Shown piece by piece: positions 25,937 through 35,927 of a DNA stretch of 64,000 nucleotides. The stretch comes from an uncultured Eubacteriales bacterium (GTDB lineage Bacteria > Acidobacteriota > Aminicenantia > Aminicenantales > UBA8522). Numbering within the stretch: position 1 is the stretch's first letter; every line of letters starts with the position of its first letter. The DNA is taken from assembly GCA_964651495.1 (NCBI GenBank), contig CAZYWP010000004.1:1667-65666 (forward strand), in the 5' to 3' direction. Made by a program: the position numbers and the translations under genes. A model generated the notes under the pieces. It saw only the letters and a list, made by a program, of their open reading frames with translations. It was not told the origin of the DNA and did not search any database.

Positions 25937-27738
25937 CGGCCTCCCTCCATTTCCTCCGGGAACTGCAGGTCGTAGAGCTTTCTGTAGATGCCGTTTTTCT
26001 GGTAGAGCTCGTCGTGCGTCCCGGATTCGGCGATGCAGCCGTTGTCGACCACGAAGATCTGGTCGGCCGTCCGGATTGTTGAGATCCGATGGGCGATGAC
26101 CAGCGTCGTCCGGCCCCGCATGGCGTTGGCCAGGGCCGTCTGGACCAGTCTCTCGGACTCGGTATCGAGCGCCGAGGTCGCCTCGTCGAGGACAAGGAGG
26201 GGCGGATCCTTGAGCAGGGCCCGGGCGATGGCCAGCCGCTGTCGCTGCCCGCTCGACAACAGGCCGCCTTTTTCTCCGACCGGGGTGTCATAACCCTGGG
26301 GAAGCTCCATGACGAACTCGTGCGCCTTGGAGGCCTTGGCGACTTCGATGATCCTCTCCAGCGGCGCCTCCTCCAGGCCGTAGGCGATGTTGTTGCGCAC
26401 AGTATCGTTAAAAAGGATGGTCTCCTGGGTCACCAGTCCTATCTGGGCGCGCAAGGAGGACAGGGTCACCTCCCGGATGTCGATCCCGTCGATGCAGATT
26501 CTTCCCGCCGTCGGCTCATAGAAACGCGCCAGGAGGTTGATGATTGTGGTCTTGCCGGCGCCGCTGAGGCCGACAAAGGCGGCCGTCTCACTCGGACGGA
26601 CAGAAAAAGTGATGTCGGAGAGCGTCGGGCGCGCTTCGTTGTAGCAGAACGAGACTTCCTCGAACTTGACTTCTCCCCTGACGGGGGGGAGAGGATAAGC
26701 GGTCGGGCTGTCCTGAATCTGGGGCGGGATATCGAGCACTTCCCGCACCCGCTGGTGGCAGGCGACCGCCTGCTGGATGACGTTGTTGGCGCGGTTGAGG
26801 CGGTTGATGGGGGTGTACATCATGAAAATGGCCATGACGAAGGCGCCGAAGTCGCCCGGGCTGATCGCTCCGGTGGCGATCCGGCGCGTTCCGACATACA
26901 GGATGAAGGCACCGACGAGGCCGCCGATGAACTCCATGAACGGCGAGGAGAGGCTGCCGATCCAGGCCAGTTTCAGGCTCGTCTTCAGATAGTCGGTCGT
27001 AGCCTGGAGGAATTTTTTGATCTCGAACTGCTCGGTGCCGAAGGCTTTGACGATCCTGTTTCCAGTGATGGTCTCATGGAGGAGGCTGTAGATCTGGGAC
27101 ATTTTTCTCTGGCCGACAAGGCTCTTTCTCTTGAGCTGCCGGCTGAAGGCGGCCAGCGGGACCACGGCCAGAGGAGTGATGACAAACGAAACAACAGCCA
27201 GGCGCAGGTCGATGATGAAAACGCCGACGAGGAGGGCGATAAGGATAAACAGCTCCTCGACGAAATCGGCCAGGCTGCCCGAGATGGCCTGATGGATTTT
27301 ATCGACGTCGCTGGTCAGACGGGACATCAAATCGCCCGTCAGCGCCCGGTCGAAAAATCCCGGGGACTGAAAAATCAGGTGAGAATAGAGCTCGTCCCGC
27401 AGCCGCTTGACAGCCCGGTGGCCCACGGATTTCATGAAAAAGGAAGACATAAACGTGAACAGCCCCTTGCCAAAAATGACAATCAGAAGAAGGAGGGGCA
27501 AAAATTGATAGAGCTGGTCTTCTCTGATGTTGAGGGTCCTGAAAATAAAGTCCATGAAGCGGGCCTTCTCCGGAATGGCGTCAGCCTTGGTCAGATGGAA
27601 AAGCCTGTCCATGATCGGCTGGACCAGGTTGACGAAGACGTAGGTGAAGAAGGCGACAAAAAAAGAGGAGAAAAAAGAGAGCAGGAGGAGCCTTTTTTCC
27701 TCCAACGCCAGCTTGAAGAGGGCAAAAGTCTCTTTCAT
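25933..27738 (-). CDS. ABC exporter, fused permease/ATPase (MsbA-like)
   Basis: 601 aa. Six-TM N-terminal half, Walker A GLSGAGKTT, signature LSSGQRQR and Walker B LLVLDEATSALD. Confidence 0.85.
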   Translation of the reverse strand: MKETFALFKLALEEKRLLLLSFFSSFFVAFFTYVFVNLVQPIMDRLFHLTKADAIPEKARFMDFIFRTLNIREDQLYQFLPLLLLIVIFGKGLFTFMSSFFMKSVGHRAVKRLRDELYSHLIFQSPGFFDRALTGDLMSRLTSDVDKIHQAISGSLADFVEELFILIALLVGVFIIDLRLAVVSFVITPLAVVPLAAFSRQLKRKSLVGQRKMSQIYSLLHETITGNRIVKAFGTEQFEIKKFLQATTDYLKTSLKLAWIGSLSSPFMEFIGGLVGAFILYVGTRRIATGAISPGDFGAFVMAIFMMYTPINRLNRANNVIQQAVACHQRVREVLDIPPQIQDSPTAYPLPPVRGEVKFEEVSFCYNEARPTLSDITFSVRPSETAAFVGLSGAGKTTIINLLARFYEPTAGRICIDGIDIREVTLSSLRAQIGLVTQETILFNDTVRNNIAYGLEEAPLERIIEVAKASKAHEFVMELPQGYDTPVGEKGGLLSSGQRQRLAIARALLKDPPLLVLDEATSALDTESERLVQTALANAMRGRTTLVIAHRISTIRTADQIFVVDNGCIAESGTHDELYQKNGIYRKLYDLQFPEEMEGGR

Positions 27739-28778
27739 GACGAAGACCGGTCGTGGGGCTTGCGCTGGAAGAGGATTTTGGCGATTTCCCAGGCGTTCAA
27801 GGCCGACCCCCTGGTCAGGTTATCCGTGATCGTCCAGATCCAGAAGGCGTTGGGAAGGGCTTCCTCTTTTTTAATCTGTCCGATGAAGATGGACTCTTTT
27901 CCGGCCACGGAAATCGCGGTAACCGGACAGGCGGCCGTGGCAGGCCCGACCTTGAAAAAGGGACTTGCCCGATAAAGCCGGGCCAGGTCCTCGATCCTCG
28001 CCGCGGCGGCAAGCTCGACGTAAACCATGATCGCGTAGGTATGGAAAATCGAAGCCTGGATAAGGGAGAGCGAAAGGGGAAAGCCGGGGACGGCAAGCAC
28101 GCGCTTGATTTCGGCGGCAATCCGCCTTTCCTCCGAGGAGAAACCGCTGGCGTCCGGAGCTTCGGTATGGGACAGGAGGTTGAAAGCGATCTGCTGCTTG
28201 AAGACGTTCTTCTTGAGCGCCGAGCTGGAAAGGAGGGCGGCGCTCTGGCTGGCCAGTTCCTCGATGCCGGACTCCTCAAAGGCCGAGACGGGCTGCAGGA
28301 CGAAGGCGATCGCCCTGGACAAGCCGAATTTGCGGCCGAGCCGGTCGAACAGCGATGACAGGATGATCGTGACGGGATGAGGATTGGCAATAAGGTGAAA
28401 ATGCTTAGCCGCCAGGATCTGATCATTCACCCCGGCGACGATCAGCGGGACATCCTCATCCGCGTTGAAGGTCGCCGCTAAATCGACAGCCTGGAATTTC
28501 TTGGCGGCGGCCAGCCGCCCGAACGTCCGGTTCGCCCTCTCGTCGGAGGCCAGGAATACGAGGTCCAGCCCTTCCAAGGAGCCCGCGTCGGGATGACGGA
28601 TGACCTTGGGCTCATCCTGAAACTGGGTCAGTTTGCTGTACTCTTCATCGACATCCGGGTCGAAAAACTCAATCTGGGTCAGGGGAAATCTCTTGACGCT
28701 GAGGATATTCTTGATCTCTTTTCCGCGCAGGGAATCCGGGCCGATCAGGGCGACCCGGAATGTCTTCTTGGCTTTCAT
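27735..28778 (-). CDS. Aspartate-semialdehyde dehydrogenase-like protein lacking the catalytic cysteine
   Basis: 347 aa, collinear with Asd (QIAFN, SDNL..GAALN-like TDNLTRGSALN). The active-site stretch IANPNCST reads IANPHPVT. The Rossmann loop reads GPDSLRG. Its stop overlaps the ABC exporter start. Confidence 0.75.
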   Translation of the reverse strand: MKAKKTFRVALIGPDSLRGKEIKNILSVKRFPLTQIEFFDPDVDEEYSKLTQFQDEPKVIRHPDAGSLEGLDLVFLASDERANRTFGRLAAAKKFQAVDLAATFNADEDVPLIVAGVNDQILAAKHFHLIANPHPVTIILSSLFDRLGRKFGLSRAIAFVLQPVSAFEESGIEELASQSAALLSSSALKKNVFKQQIAFNLLSHTEAPDASGFSSEERRIAAEIKRVLAVPGFPLSLSLIQASIFHTYAIMVYVELAAAARIEDLARLYRASPFFKVGPATAACPVTAISVAGKESIFIGQIKKEEALPNAFWIWTITDNLTRGSALNAWEIAKILFQRKPHDRSSS

Positions 28779-28793
28779 GATCGGGGCGAACGG

Positions 28794-29015
28794 TCAGCCC
28801 GTTTTGCGTAGCTCCGACATCATCAGGTACATTCTGTCTTTGAGGGCCAGCTTGCGCTTCTTGATCAGCCTTTCCTCGAGCCTTTCTTCCTCTGTCAGGA
28901 AGGCCTTGGCCTTGAAGCGTTCGAGCTTTTTCTCGAGCTGCTGGTGCTCATGGTTAAGCTTCCTGAAGGCGTCGCTTTGACGGAGCATCCGGTCTTTCAG
29001 TTCTTTTTCATCCAT
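28794..29015 (-). CDS. Small coiled-coil protein, DUF465/YdcH-like
   Basis: Start MDEKELKDRM at 29015 with GGGAG upstream. The ...HEHQQLEKKLERF...LTEEERLEERLIKKRKLALKD pattern is typical of DUF465 as I recall it. Confidence 0.55.
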   Translation of the reverse strand: MDEKELKDRMLRQSDAFRKLNHEHQQLEKKLERFKAKAFLTEEERLEERLIKKRKLALKDRMYLMMSELRKTG

Positions 29016-29059
29016 CCACAGAACTCCCTCGGAAAGGATATCATAAGACCGAGGCGAAT

Positions 29060-30169
29060 TCAATTTGGGGGGATTCGGCGGCTGCGGGCCTCAGCAAAAA
29101 TCATCTCCAACCGCTCGGCCAGGGCTGCCCAGGTGAAACCCTGGATTATGTCGTGGGCGGCCCGGCCGAGCCGCCGGCGCAGGTCATCATCCCGGATCAG
29201 CCTCCGGATCTGGCGACGGAGGAAGAACGGATGGCCGAATGGAACGACAAGGGCGGTTTTTTCGTGGAAGGCGAAATCCCGGGTGCCGCTCCGGGTACAG
29301 ACGACGGGAAGCCCGCAGGCCATAGCCTCGGCCGCACTGTTGGCCCAGCCGGCGCGCCTCTCGGCGCTGACAAAGGCATCGGCCTGGGAGAAGAGCCAAG
29401 CCATGCGGCTCTGCGGCAGATCAAGATAAAAATCATGAGGAATCGATGTTTTGATGAGCGGGCGCGGATCGCGCCTGTGCTCGCCCACCAGGCTGTCGAA
29501 AAAAATCAGCCGGACGCCGGGAAATTCCCCGCCCAGCCGCTCGACCGCTTTGATCACCTGATGGATGCCTTTTCTCCTTTTGTAGATTCGTCCATAGCAT
29601 AGAATGCGGAATTCCCTGCCCAAGGACGGCCCTGTCGACCGCTCCTTCGCCGACTCCCCGGCCGGACTCGCCTCCTCCTCGGATGCAGTTTGACGGTCCG
29701 ACGCCCGGGTGGGCAGACTCGGACCCGGCCAGGGATAAAAAATCCCCGGGTTGATCCCGCCGACCGCCCGCCGGCAAACGACGTCATATTTTCTCTCGAC
29801 CCGCCGGCAAATCCCCTCGGAGCAGCCGAGAAATTGAAAATTCCTCCTGGCGACCTCCCGTTCTTTTTTATGCCCTTCGAGGACAAAATAAAAGAACTTC
29901 GCCCCGGCCGCGAGTCGGTCGAAAAAGGGCAGGATGGAATACTCGCTGCAGAGTCCGATGTCGAAACGGTCCTCGTCCAAGGCGCTGAACGGCCGGACAG
30001 AACCGATGAACTCCAGCCACCCGGGCTTCTCCCCTTTTGGCGTGAAAAGGACAAAGTCATGGCCTCGCCGGCTGAGCTCGTTCCCGATCTCGAGATAGCG
30101 GCGCACACCGCCATAGACCTCGACATGGGGAAGCAGGGCAGCGATCCTCATCTGAGCCGAACGTACCAT
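29060..30169 (-). CDS. Glycosyltransferase, GT-B fold (family 4-like)
   Basis: 369 aa. The C-terminal half has the ...SAERRAGWANSAAEAMACGLPVV... motif of retaining GT4 enzymes. An alternative ATG lies at 30151. Confidence 0.8.
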   Translation of the reverse strand: MVRSAQMRIAALLPHVEVYGGVRRYLEIGNELSRRGHDFVLFTPKGEKPGWLEFIGSVRPFSALDEDRFDIGLCSEYSILPFFDRLAAGAKFFYFVLEGHKKEREVARRNFQFLGCSEGICRRVERKYDVVCRRAVGGINPGIFYPWPGPSLPTRASDRQTASEEEASPAGESAKERSTGPSLGREFRILCYGRIYKRRKGIHQVIKAVERLGGEFPGVRLIFFDSLVGEHRRDPRPLIKTSIPHDFYLDLPQSRMAWLFSQADAFVSAERRAGWANSAAEAMACGLPVVCTRSGTRDFAFHEKTALVVPFGHPFFLRRQIRRLIRDDDLRRRLGRAAHDIIQGFTWAALAERLEMIFAEARSRRIPPN

Positions 30170-30309
30170 GACTCCGCTCTCCCGTCAAGGCATGGATGTG
30201 GAGTTCGTCGGGCCATCGTATTTTCTCAGGCGGAGGAAGTCAGGCGCCTGGCCCCCTGCTCAGTCTTTTCCATCAGTAGATTCAGGTTTCGATTTTTTGA
30301 CCCGCAGCA

Positions 30310-30338
30310 TTGACATTCCCGGAGGGCAAAAATATACT
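30310..30338 (+). promoter_or_regulatory. Promoter of tRNA-Phe
   Basis: TTGACA (30310-30315), exactly 17 nt, TATACT (30333-30338), about 37 nt upstream of the tRNA 5' end. Confidence 0.6.
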
Positions 30339-30375
30339 ATTAACCGCGTTAAGAATTTGCCCGTCCGACAGAGAT

Positions 30376-30448
30376 GGCGAGGTAGCTCAGTCGGTAGAGC
30401 GAGGGACTGAAAATCCCTGCGTCGGCGGTTCAATTCCGTCCCTCGCCA
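30376..30448 (+). tRNA. tRNA-Phe (anticodon GAA)
   Basis: Manual cloverleaf fold. Acceptor GGCGAGG/CCTCGCC, D arm GCTC-AGTCGGT-AGAGC, anticodon arm AGGGA-CTGAAAA-TCCCT, T arm GGCGG-TTCAATT-CCGTC. CCA is not encoded. Confidence 0.95.
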
Positions 30449-30455
30449 TTCCCCC

Positions 30456-31328
30456 CTATTTCCCGCCGATCAGCGAATTGATGATCTCCCTGACCGGCCC
30501 GCCGAATTCCGGGTGTTTCAAGGCCAGGGCGATTGTCCCCTCCAAGAAACCCAGCTTGTTCCCGCAGTCATAGCGGGTTCCCTCGAATAAATACCCGTAC
30601 ACCGGTTGGCTGTCCAGCAAAACGCGGATCGCATCGGTGATCTGAATTTCGCCCCGCGAGTCCACCGGTGTGTTTCTGATGGCCTCAAAAATCTCCGGCG
30701 TGAAGACATATCTCCCCAGGATCCCCAAGTCCGAAAACGCTTTCTCCGGCCCGGGCTTCTCAAGCATATCGGCCACTTCGAAAACCCGCTCGGAAAGCTG
30801 CTTCTTAACCTTGATAATGCCGTATTTCTTGGTCCCCTCCTTGTCCACCCGGCCCAGGACAATAACGGTCGCCCGCTTCTCCACGAACACATCGATGAGC
30901 TGCCGGATGCAGGGCACGGGGCAGTCATAGATATCATCGGGCGTCAGCGCCGCCACCGGCTCGCCCGCCGCAAACCCCTCCCCCATCAGGATGGCATGGC
31001 CCAGGCCGAGCATCTGCGCCTGACGGATGAAGGAAAACTTGGCCAGCTCGGAAATCCCCCGGACTTGCTCCACCAGGTCGAGCCTCCCCTTTTCCCGGAG
31101 AAAGCCTTCCAGCTCCGGACTGCGGTCGAAATGGTCCTCCATGGCCGCCTTGCCCCGGCTGGTGATGATCGCGATCTCATCGAGGCCGGCTCCCGCCGCT
31201 TCCTCGACGGTGTATTGAATGAGCGGCTTGTCGATCACCGTGAGCATCTCTTTGGGCTGCGCTTTGGTCGCCGGGAGAAACCGCGTCCCAAACCCGGCTG
31301 CGGGAATGATCGCTTTTCGCACCTTCAT
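30456..31328 (-). CDS. galU: UTP--glucose-1-phosphate uridylyltransferase
   Basis: MKVRKAIIPAAGFGTRFLPATKAQPKEML N-terminal signature. 290 aa. Confidence 0.9.
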   Translation of the reverse strand: MKVRKAIIPAAGFGTRFLPATKAQPKEMLTVIDKPLIQYTVEEAAGAGLDEIAIITSRGKAAMEDHFDRSPELEGFLREKGRLDLVEQVRGISELAKFSFIRQAQMLGLGHAILMGEGFAAGEPVAALTPDDIYDCPVPCIRQLIDVFVEKRATVIVLGRVDKEGTKKYGIIKVKKQLSERVFEVADMLEKPGPEKAFSDLGILGRYVFTPEIFEAIRNTPVDSRGEIQITDAIRVLLDSQPVYGYLFEGTRYDCGNKLGFLEGTIALALKHPEFGGPVREIINSLIGGK

Positions 31329-31374
31329 ATCAGTAAACCGCCCGTCAAGCCGATCGCATAAACCTTCGTCAGAA

Positions 31375-32721
31375 TTAAAATTTATAGCTGATCGAGAGGT
31401 TCGGAACGAACATCTTCATGTCATAGACTCCGGGCATCGACGACTCATATTCTGGGTCGAGGAGCCATTTGGCAAAATCGACGTCTCTCTCCTTGCCCAT
31501 GAGATATTCAAACCCGAAGTCAAGCACCAGGCCGCCCAGGTCATACCCCAGACCGATGGTGAAGACATGAAAATCATAACTCGGCAGAAGAATATTCAGA
31601 GTTTTGTTGGGAGCCGGGGCGGGATCATAATAATAGCCGGCGCGAAGTCCCACATTCTGATAGAGCATGTACTCGCCGCCGAACCGGATCTGGAGTGCGT
31701 CTTTCCATTTGAGCGGCGTGATATTATTCCCCGCGGCCGTCATGAACAGGCTCCAGGAAATATCTTTGAAGTTGGTTTCGATCTCGTCGAGCTGCGACCA
31801 GTGCGTCCACTGCAGGTCGGCGGTCAACGTCAGGTCGGTCATCGGACGGAGAGCCACACCGGCGGCGACCCACCAGGGCCAAGTGATCTCTCTCTCGGAG
31901 TCGGACGTCTCTTTATAGCCGAGCAGGGTGACGTTGGAGATGGTCGTTTCGCCCTTGAAATTCACCTTGCTGGGGGTCCTGATGGTCGCGCCGAAGCTGA
32001 GCATATCGCTGGCCTTCACCAGGACTCCAAAGGTCGCCCCGAACCCCCATCCGTTTTGACTGTCCTCGTACTGGCCAAGATCAACCACATAAGGATCTAC
32101 GGAAATTTCCGCCGCGCCGGCCCATCTCTTAAGCGAAAACATCCCGTAATTGATGTTGAGAGCCGCGCCTATGGAGACCATTTCATTGACCTGGTAGGCG
32201 ATAGCCGGGGAAAAAGTCAACAGCCCGACCCGGCTTTCCCAGAGATTGGCAGAACTTGTCTGCGTGGAAGGAAGCCCCAAGGAAAAGTTTTGCAGGCCGA
32301 CGAAATCCTCGCCGTCCCAGGCCGCTCCGAGCCCGGAGGGCACATAGACGGCGATGCCGGCCACGAGGGACTCACTGAAAGGATAATAATACGCCGCCAT
32401 GCCCGAAAGATAATGCTTGCTCTGAGATTCAGCGTCGACGATGGTCAGCAGTTGGGCGGTCTGGGTCGGCGCCTGCATCAGATAAGTCGAGGAAGGGATG
32501 ACATCCGTCCCGTAGAAACCGAAGTACTGTTTCTTGAACTGGGCGATCCCCGCCGGGTTCCAGTAGACCGCGCTGAAGTCATCGGCCAGCCCGACGAACG
32601 CCCCTCCCATGGACAGGGCACGCGTGCCCAGGCTGTTGAGGTTTAACCCGTTGGCCAGAGCGAGAGAGCTGAGGCCGAAGCAAAGAACGAGAACAAGCCA
32701 TGCCGTGGTTTTTGTCTTCAT
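31375..32721 (-). CDS. Outer-membrane beta-barrel transporter, FadL/OmpP1/TodX family
   Basis: Signal peptide, then the GTRALSMGGAFVGLADDFSAVYWNPAG N-terminal hatch motif. Alternating beta-strand pattern with a terminal aromatic residue (SISYKF). Confidence 0.8.
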   Translation of the reverse strand: MKTKTTAWLVLVLCFGLSSLALANGLNLNSLGTRALSMGGAFVGLADDFSAVYWNPAGIAQFKKQYFGFYGTDVIPSSTYLMQAPTQTAQLLTIVDAESQSKHYLSGMAAYYYPFSESLVAGIAVYVPSGLGAAWDGEDFVGLQNFSLGLPSTQTSSANLWESRVGLLTFSPAIAYQVNEMVSIGAALNINYGMFSLKRWAGAAEISVDPYVVDLGQYEDSQNGWGFGATFGVLVKASDMLSFGATIRTPSKVNFKGETTISNVTLLGYKETSDSEREITWPWWVAAGVALRPMTDLTLTADLQWTHWSQLDEIETNFKDISWSLFMTAAGNNITPLKWKDALQIRFGGEYMLYQNVGLRAGYYYDPAPAPNKTLNILLPSYDFHVFTIGLGYDLGGLVLDFGFEYLMGKERDVDFAKWLLDPEYESSMPGVYDMKMFVPNLSISYKF

Positions 32722-32844
32722 CTAACCTCCTGACGGAATTCCGGATTTCTCTCCTTATTATTTCTATATGTTTACTATATTATGGGACAAATTGCAATCG
32801 CCCTCCCCGACTTTGGGAGAGCGGCCGGGTGCGAAATCCGCCCC

Positions 32845-35424
32845 CTACTCTTTCTTGAAGACGAGCTTCTGGTCCTTGTCCGTATCGATCTTGACCGTAT
32901 CACCTTCCCCGTAGATTCCTTCCAGGAGCCGGAGCGCCAAGGGATTCTGGATGTCCTGCTGGATGGCCCGCTTCAGCGGCCGCGCTCCGTAGACCGGGTC
33001 AAAGCCCCGCTCGGCCAGCCGCTCTTTGGCCCTTGGCGATATCTCCAGGCGGATATGTCTCTCCTCTAACCGGCGCCGTAGTCCGTCAAGCTGGATGTCG
33101 ACGATCTTGAGCAGAGTCGCCTTGTCGAGCGCCCGAAAAATAACGATCTCATCGATGCGGTTGAGGAATTCCGGCCGGAACGAGCTCTCCAGGATCTTTT
33201 TGACCTCGTGCTCCATGGTCTCATAATCCTGGCTGAACTCTTTGATCAGCGTGCTCCCGAGATTGGAGGTCATGATGATGATGGTGTTGCGGAAATCGAC
33301 CGTCCTTCCCTTCCCATCCGTCAGCCGGCCGTCGTCCAGGATCTGGAGGAGGACATTGAAGATGTCCGGATGGGCCTTTTCAACTTCGTCCAGGAGGACG
33401 ATTGAATACGGGCGCCTCTTGACGGCCTCGGTCAGCTGGCCGCCCTCCTCGTACCCGACATATCCGGGGGGCGCCCCGACGAGGCGCGACACGGTATGCT
33501 TCTCCATGTATTCCGACATATCGAGCCGGACCATGGCCCTCTCGTCGCTGAACAGGAACTCGGCCAGGGCGCGCGCCAGCTCCGTCTTCCCGACACCGGT
33601 GGGCCCGAGAAAGATAAACGAGCCGAGGGGCCGCGCCGCATCCTGGATTCCGGCTCTGGCCCGCCGGATTGTGTCCGCGACCACCCTCAGGGCATGGTCT
33701 TGGCCGACCACCCTCCGGCGCAGGGTGTCCTCCATCCGGATCAGCCGTTCCACGTCGCCCTCGAGCATCCTGGACAGGGGGATTCCCGTCCAGCGCGAGA
33801 CGACTTCGGCCACGTCCTCCTCGTCCACCTCCTCTTTGAGCATCTTCCCCTTCTGCTGGACCTGGGCCAGCCGGCCGGAGACCTTCTCCATCTCTTTGGA
33901 CGTCTCGACCAGCTGGCCGTAGCGGATTTCGGCCACGCGCTCAAGATCTCCCCGGCGCTCGGCGCTCTGCTCCTCCACTTTGAGGGCATCCTGCCGCTCC
34001 TTCAGCTTCTTCATCGCTTCGATCAGCTCTTTCTCCTGCTGCCAGTGGACTTTGAGGGAGGCGCTTTTTTCCCGCAGTTCGGCCAGTTCCTGGCTCAGCT
34101 TCTCCAGCCTCTCCTGGGAACTCGCGTCCCTCTCCTTTTTCAGAGCCTGCCGCTCCACTTCAAGCTGCAGGATGCGGCGCTCGAGCTCGTCGATCTCCTC
34201 CGGCAGGCTGTCGATGGCGATGCGGATGCGGGAGGCGGCCTCATCGACCAGGTCGATGGCTTTATCGGGAAGATAGCGTCCGGAGATATAGCGTCCGGAC
34301 AGGGTGGCCGCGGCGACGAGCGCCGCATCCTTGATCTTGACGCCGTGATGGACCTCGTATTTCTCTTTCAGGCCCCGGAGAATCGAAATCGTCTCCTCCA
34401 CCGAAGGCTCGCCGACCAGAACCTGCTGGAACCTCCGCTCCAGGGCGGCGTCTTTTTCGATGTATTTCTTATACTCATTGAGAGTGGTCGCGCCGACGCA
34501 GCGGAGCTCGCCGCGGGCCAGCGGCGGCTTGAGCATGTTGGACGCGTCGACCGCTCCCTCGGCCGCCCCGGCACCGATGATGGTGTGGAGCTCGTCGATG
34601 AAGAGGATGATCTCTCCGCTGGCCTCCTTGATCTCCTTGAGGAGGGCCTTCAGCCGGTCCTCGAACTCTCCCCTGTATTTCGTCCCGGCCACGAGGGCGC
34701 CGATGTCCAGGGCGATGAGGCGTTTGTTCCGCAGCGACTGAGGAACGTCTCCGTTGGCGATGCGCTGGGCCAACCCCTCGACAATGGCCGTTTTGCCGAC
34801 TCCCGCCTCGCCGATGAGCACGGGGTTGTTCTTGGTGCGCCGGGAGAGGACCTGGATGACCCGCCGGACCTCGTCTTCCCGGCCGATGACCGGGTCGAGC
34901 TTTCCCTCGCGGGCCAGGGCGGTCAGGTCCCTGGCATATCTCTGGAGGACCTGGTACTTGCCTTCAGGCTGCGGGTCGGTGATTCGTTGCGTCCCGCGCA
35001 GGGAGGCCAAGGCCTGGAGCACCGCCTCCTCCCGGACGCCGTTCTCCTCGAGAAGGCGGGCCGCCTGGCTCGTCTTGTCCTTGAGCATCGCCAGCAAGAG
35101 ATGCTCGGTCGAAACATATTCATCCTTCAGCTGATCGGCTTCCTTCTGGGCTTCGGTCATCGCCCGGCGGAGAGCAGAGGAGACATACGCTTCTGCCCCC
35201 TGGACTTGCGGCACACTCCGGAGCGACTCCTCGAGTCTTTCCCGGATCCTCGCCGCATCCGCCCCGATCTTGGACAGGACCGCTCCCACGATGTTCTCTT
35301 CCTGGTCGAGAAAGCTCCAGAGCAGGTGTTCCGGCCTCACTTCCTGATGGCCCATCTCTTCGGCTTTCGCCTGGGCCGCCTGGATGGCCTCCTGCGACAT
35401 CACGGTGAATTTATCCCATTTCAT
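32845..35424 (-). CDS. clpB: Chaperone disaggregase ClpB
   Basis: Two AAA+ modules ([13 protein letters not shown] and [11 protein letters not shown]) with a long middle coiled coil. I prefer the ATG at 35424 ([15 protein letters not shown]), which has AAGGAGAG upstream, to the track start at 35505. Confidence 0.95.
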   Translation of the reverse strand: MKWDKFTVMSQEAIQAAQAKAEEMGHQEVRPEHLLWSFLDQEENIVGAVLSKIGADAARIRERLEESLRSVPQVQGAEAYVSSALRRAMTEAQKEADQLKDEYVSTEHLLLAMLKDKTSQAARLLEENGVREEAVLQALASLRGTQRITDPQPEGKYQVLQRYARDLTALAREGKLDPVIGREDEVRRVIQVLSRRTKNNPVLIGEAGVGKTAIVEGLAQRIANGDVPQSLRNKRLIALDIGALVAGTKYRGEFEDRLKALLKEIKEASGEIILFIDELHTIIGAGAAEGAVDASNMLKPPLARGELRCVGATTLNEYKKYIEKDAALERRFQQVLVGEPSVEETISILRGLKEKYEVHHGVKIKDAALVAAATLSGRYISGRYLPDKAIDLVDEAASRIRIAIDSLPEEIDELERRILQLEVERQALKKERDASSQERLEKLSQELAELREKSASLKVHWQQEKELIEAMKKLKERQDALKVEEQSAERRGDLERVAEIRYGQLVETSKEMEKVSGRLAQVQQKGKMLKEEVDEEDVAEVVSRWTGIPLSRMLEGDVERLIRMEDTLRRRVVGQDHALRVVADTIRRARAGIQDAARPLGSFIFLGPTGVGKTELARALAEFLFSDERAMVRLDMSEYMEKHTVSRLVGAPPGYVGYEEGGQLTEAVKRRPYSIVLLDEVEKAHPDIFNVLLQILDDGRLTDGKGRTVDFRNTIIIMTSNLGSTLIKEFSQDYETMEHEVKKILESSFRPEFLNRIDEIVIFRALDKATLLKIVDIQLDGLRRRLEERHIRLEISPRAKERLAERGFDPVYGARPLKRAIQQDIQNPLALRLLEGIYGEGDTVKIDTDKDQKLVFKKE

Positions 35425-35543
35425 CTGACTCTCTCCTTGTCTTTTTAGTATGCCAAAAATCCGGCGCTTTTGAAAAGACGCCGAGGGAAAAATATTTCTT
35501 GACAAAATATTAGAATGCGCTATTTTTTTCCTGGGAGCAAGTT

Positions 35544-35873
35544 ATGGAAGAGATCGAAATCACGAGCTGGCTGACCCTGGACGCGATCAAGAAAAGGGCC
35601 AAAATCGAGGAGACCGTCGGCAACCTGCAGACGGAGCACAGCATGTCTGTTTTCTGCACCATCGAGGACGACTACCTGGAACTCTACTACAGCGACTCGG
35701 CGGCCAACTATCTGCGCCGCTACGAAGTCCGGGATGAATTCGACCTGGCCATGGAGCAAAGGAAGGAAGAGGACGGCGAGGCTCCCTACGAGGAAGAAGA
35801 GCGCGATTACGACGAGGACTGCGAGGAAGAGGAAGAATTCGACAGCGTCGAGGACGAGACGGACCGCTCCTGA
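35544..35873 (+). CDS. Small protein with a strongly acidic C-terminal tail, function unknown
   Basis: 109-aa ORF with GGGAG 8 nt upstream. The C-terminal 45 aa are mostly E/D. I recognise no motif. Coding status rests on the ORF, the SD and its position divergent from clpB. Confidence 0.5.
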   Translation: MEEIEITSWLTLDAIKKRAKIEETVGNLQTEHSMSVFCTIEDDYLELYYSDSAANYLRRYEVRDEFDLAMEQRKEEDGEAPYEEEERDYDEDCEEEEEFDSVEDETDRS

Positions 35874-35927
35874 TCTCGGTCTTCCGCGGTCTGTAAAAAT
35901 GAAGGGGGGATGCTCACGGACGGGGCG

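Noticed and set aside
30376-31328. tRNA-Phe as a possible integration hotspot or genomic-island boundary
   Set aside because: No integrase, direct repeat of the tRNA 3' end or foreign-looking genes follow. galU (convergent, 7 nt away) and the fadL-like gene look native in composition and codon style.
32801-32821. Hairpin CTCTCCC-AAAGTCG-GGGAGGG (minus strand) after the clpB stop, considered as a terminator
   Set aside because: The stem is only 7 bp with one G:U pair, and the tail is U-poor (CGAUUGCAAUUUGU). It is plausible, but I cannot support it as a terminator call. It also overlaps the fadL-like promoter region.
35912-35921. Further matches to the 176-nt repeat: the 10-mer ACGGACGGGG at 35912-35921, and CGGAGCG..GGACG at about 20412-20432
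   Set aside because: By a rough uniform-composition estimate (about 170 ten-mers against about 128 kb of two-strand sequence), a couple of dozen exact 10-mer matches are expected by chance, and more in GC-rich DNA. Neither site has collinear flanking matches, unlike the 56753-56781 fragment.
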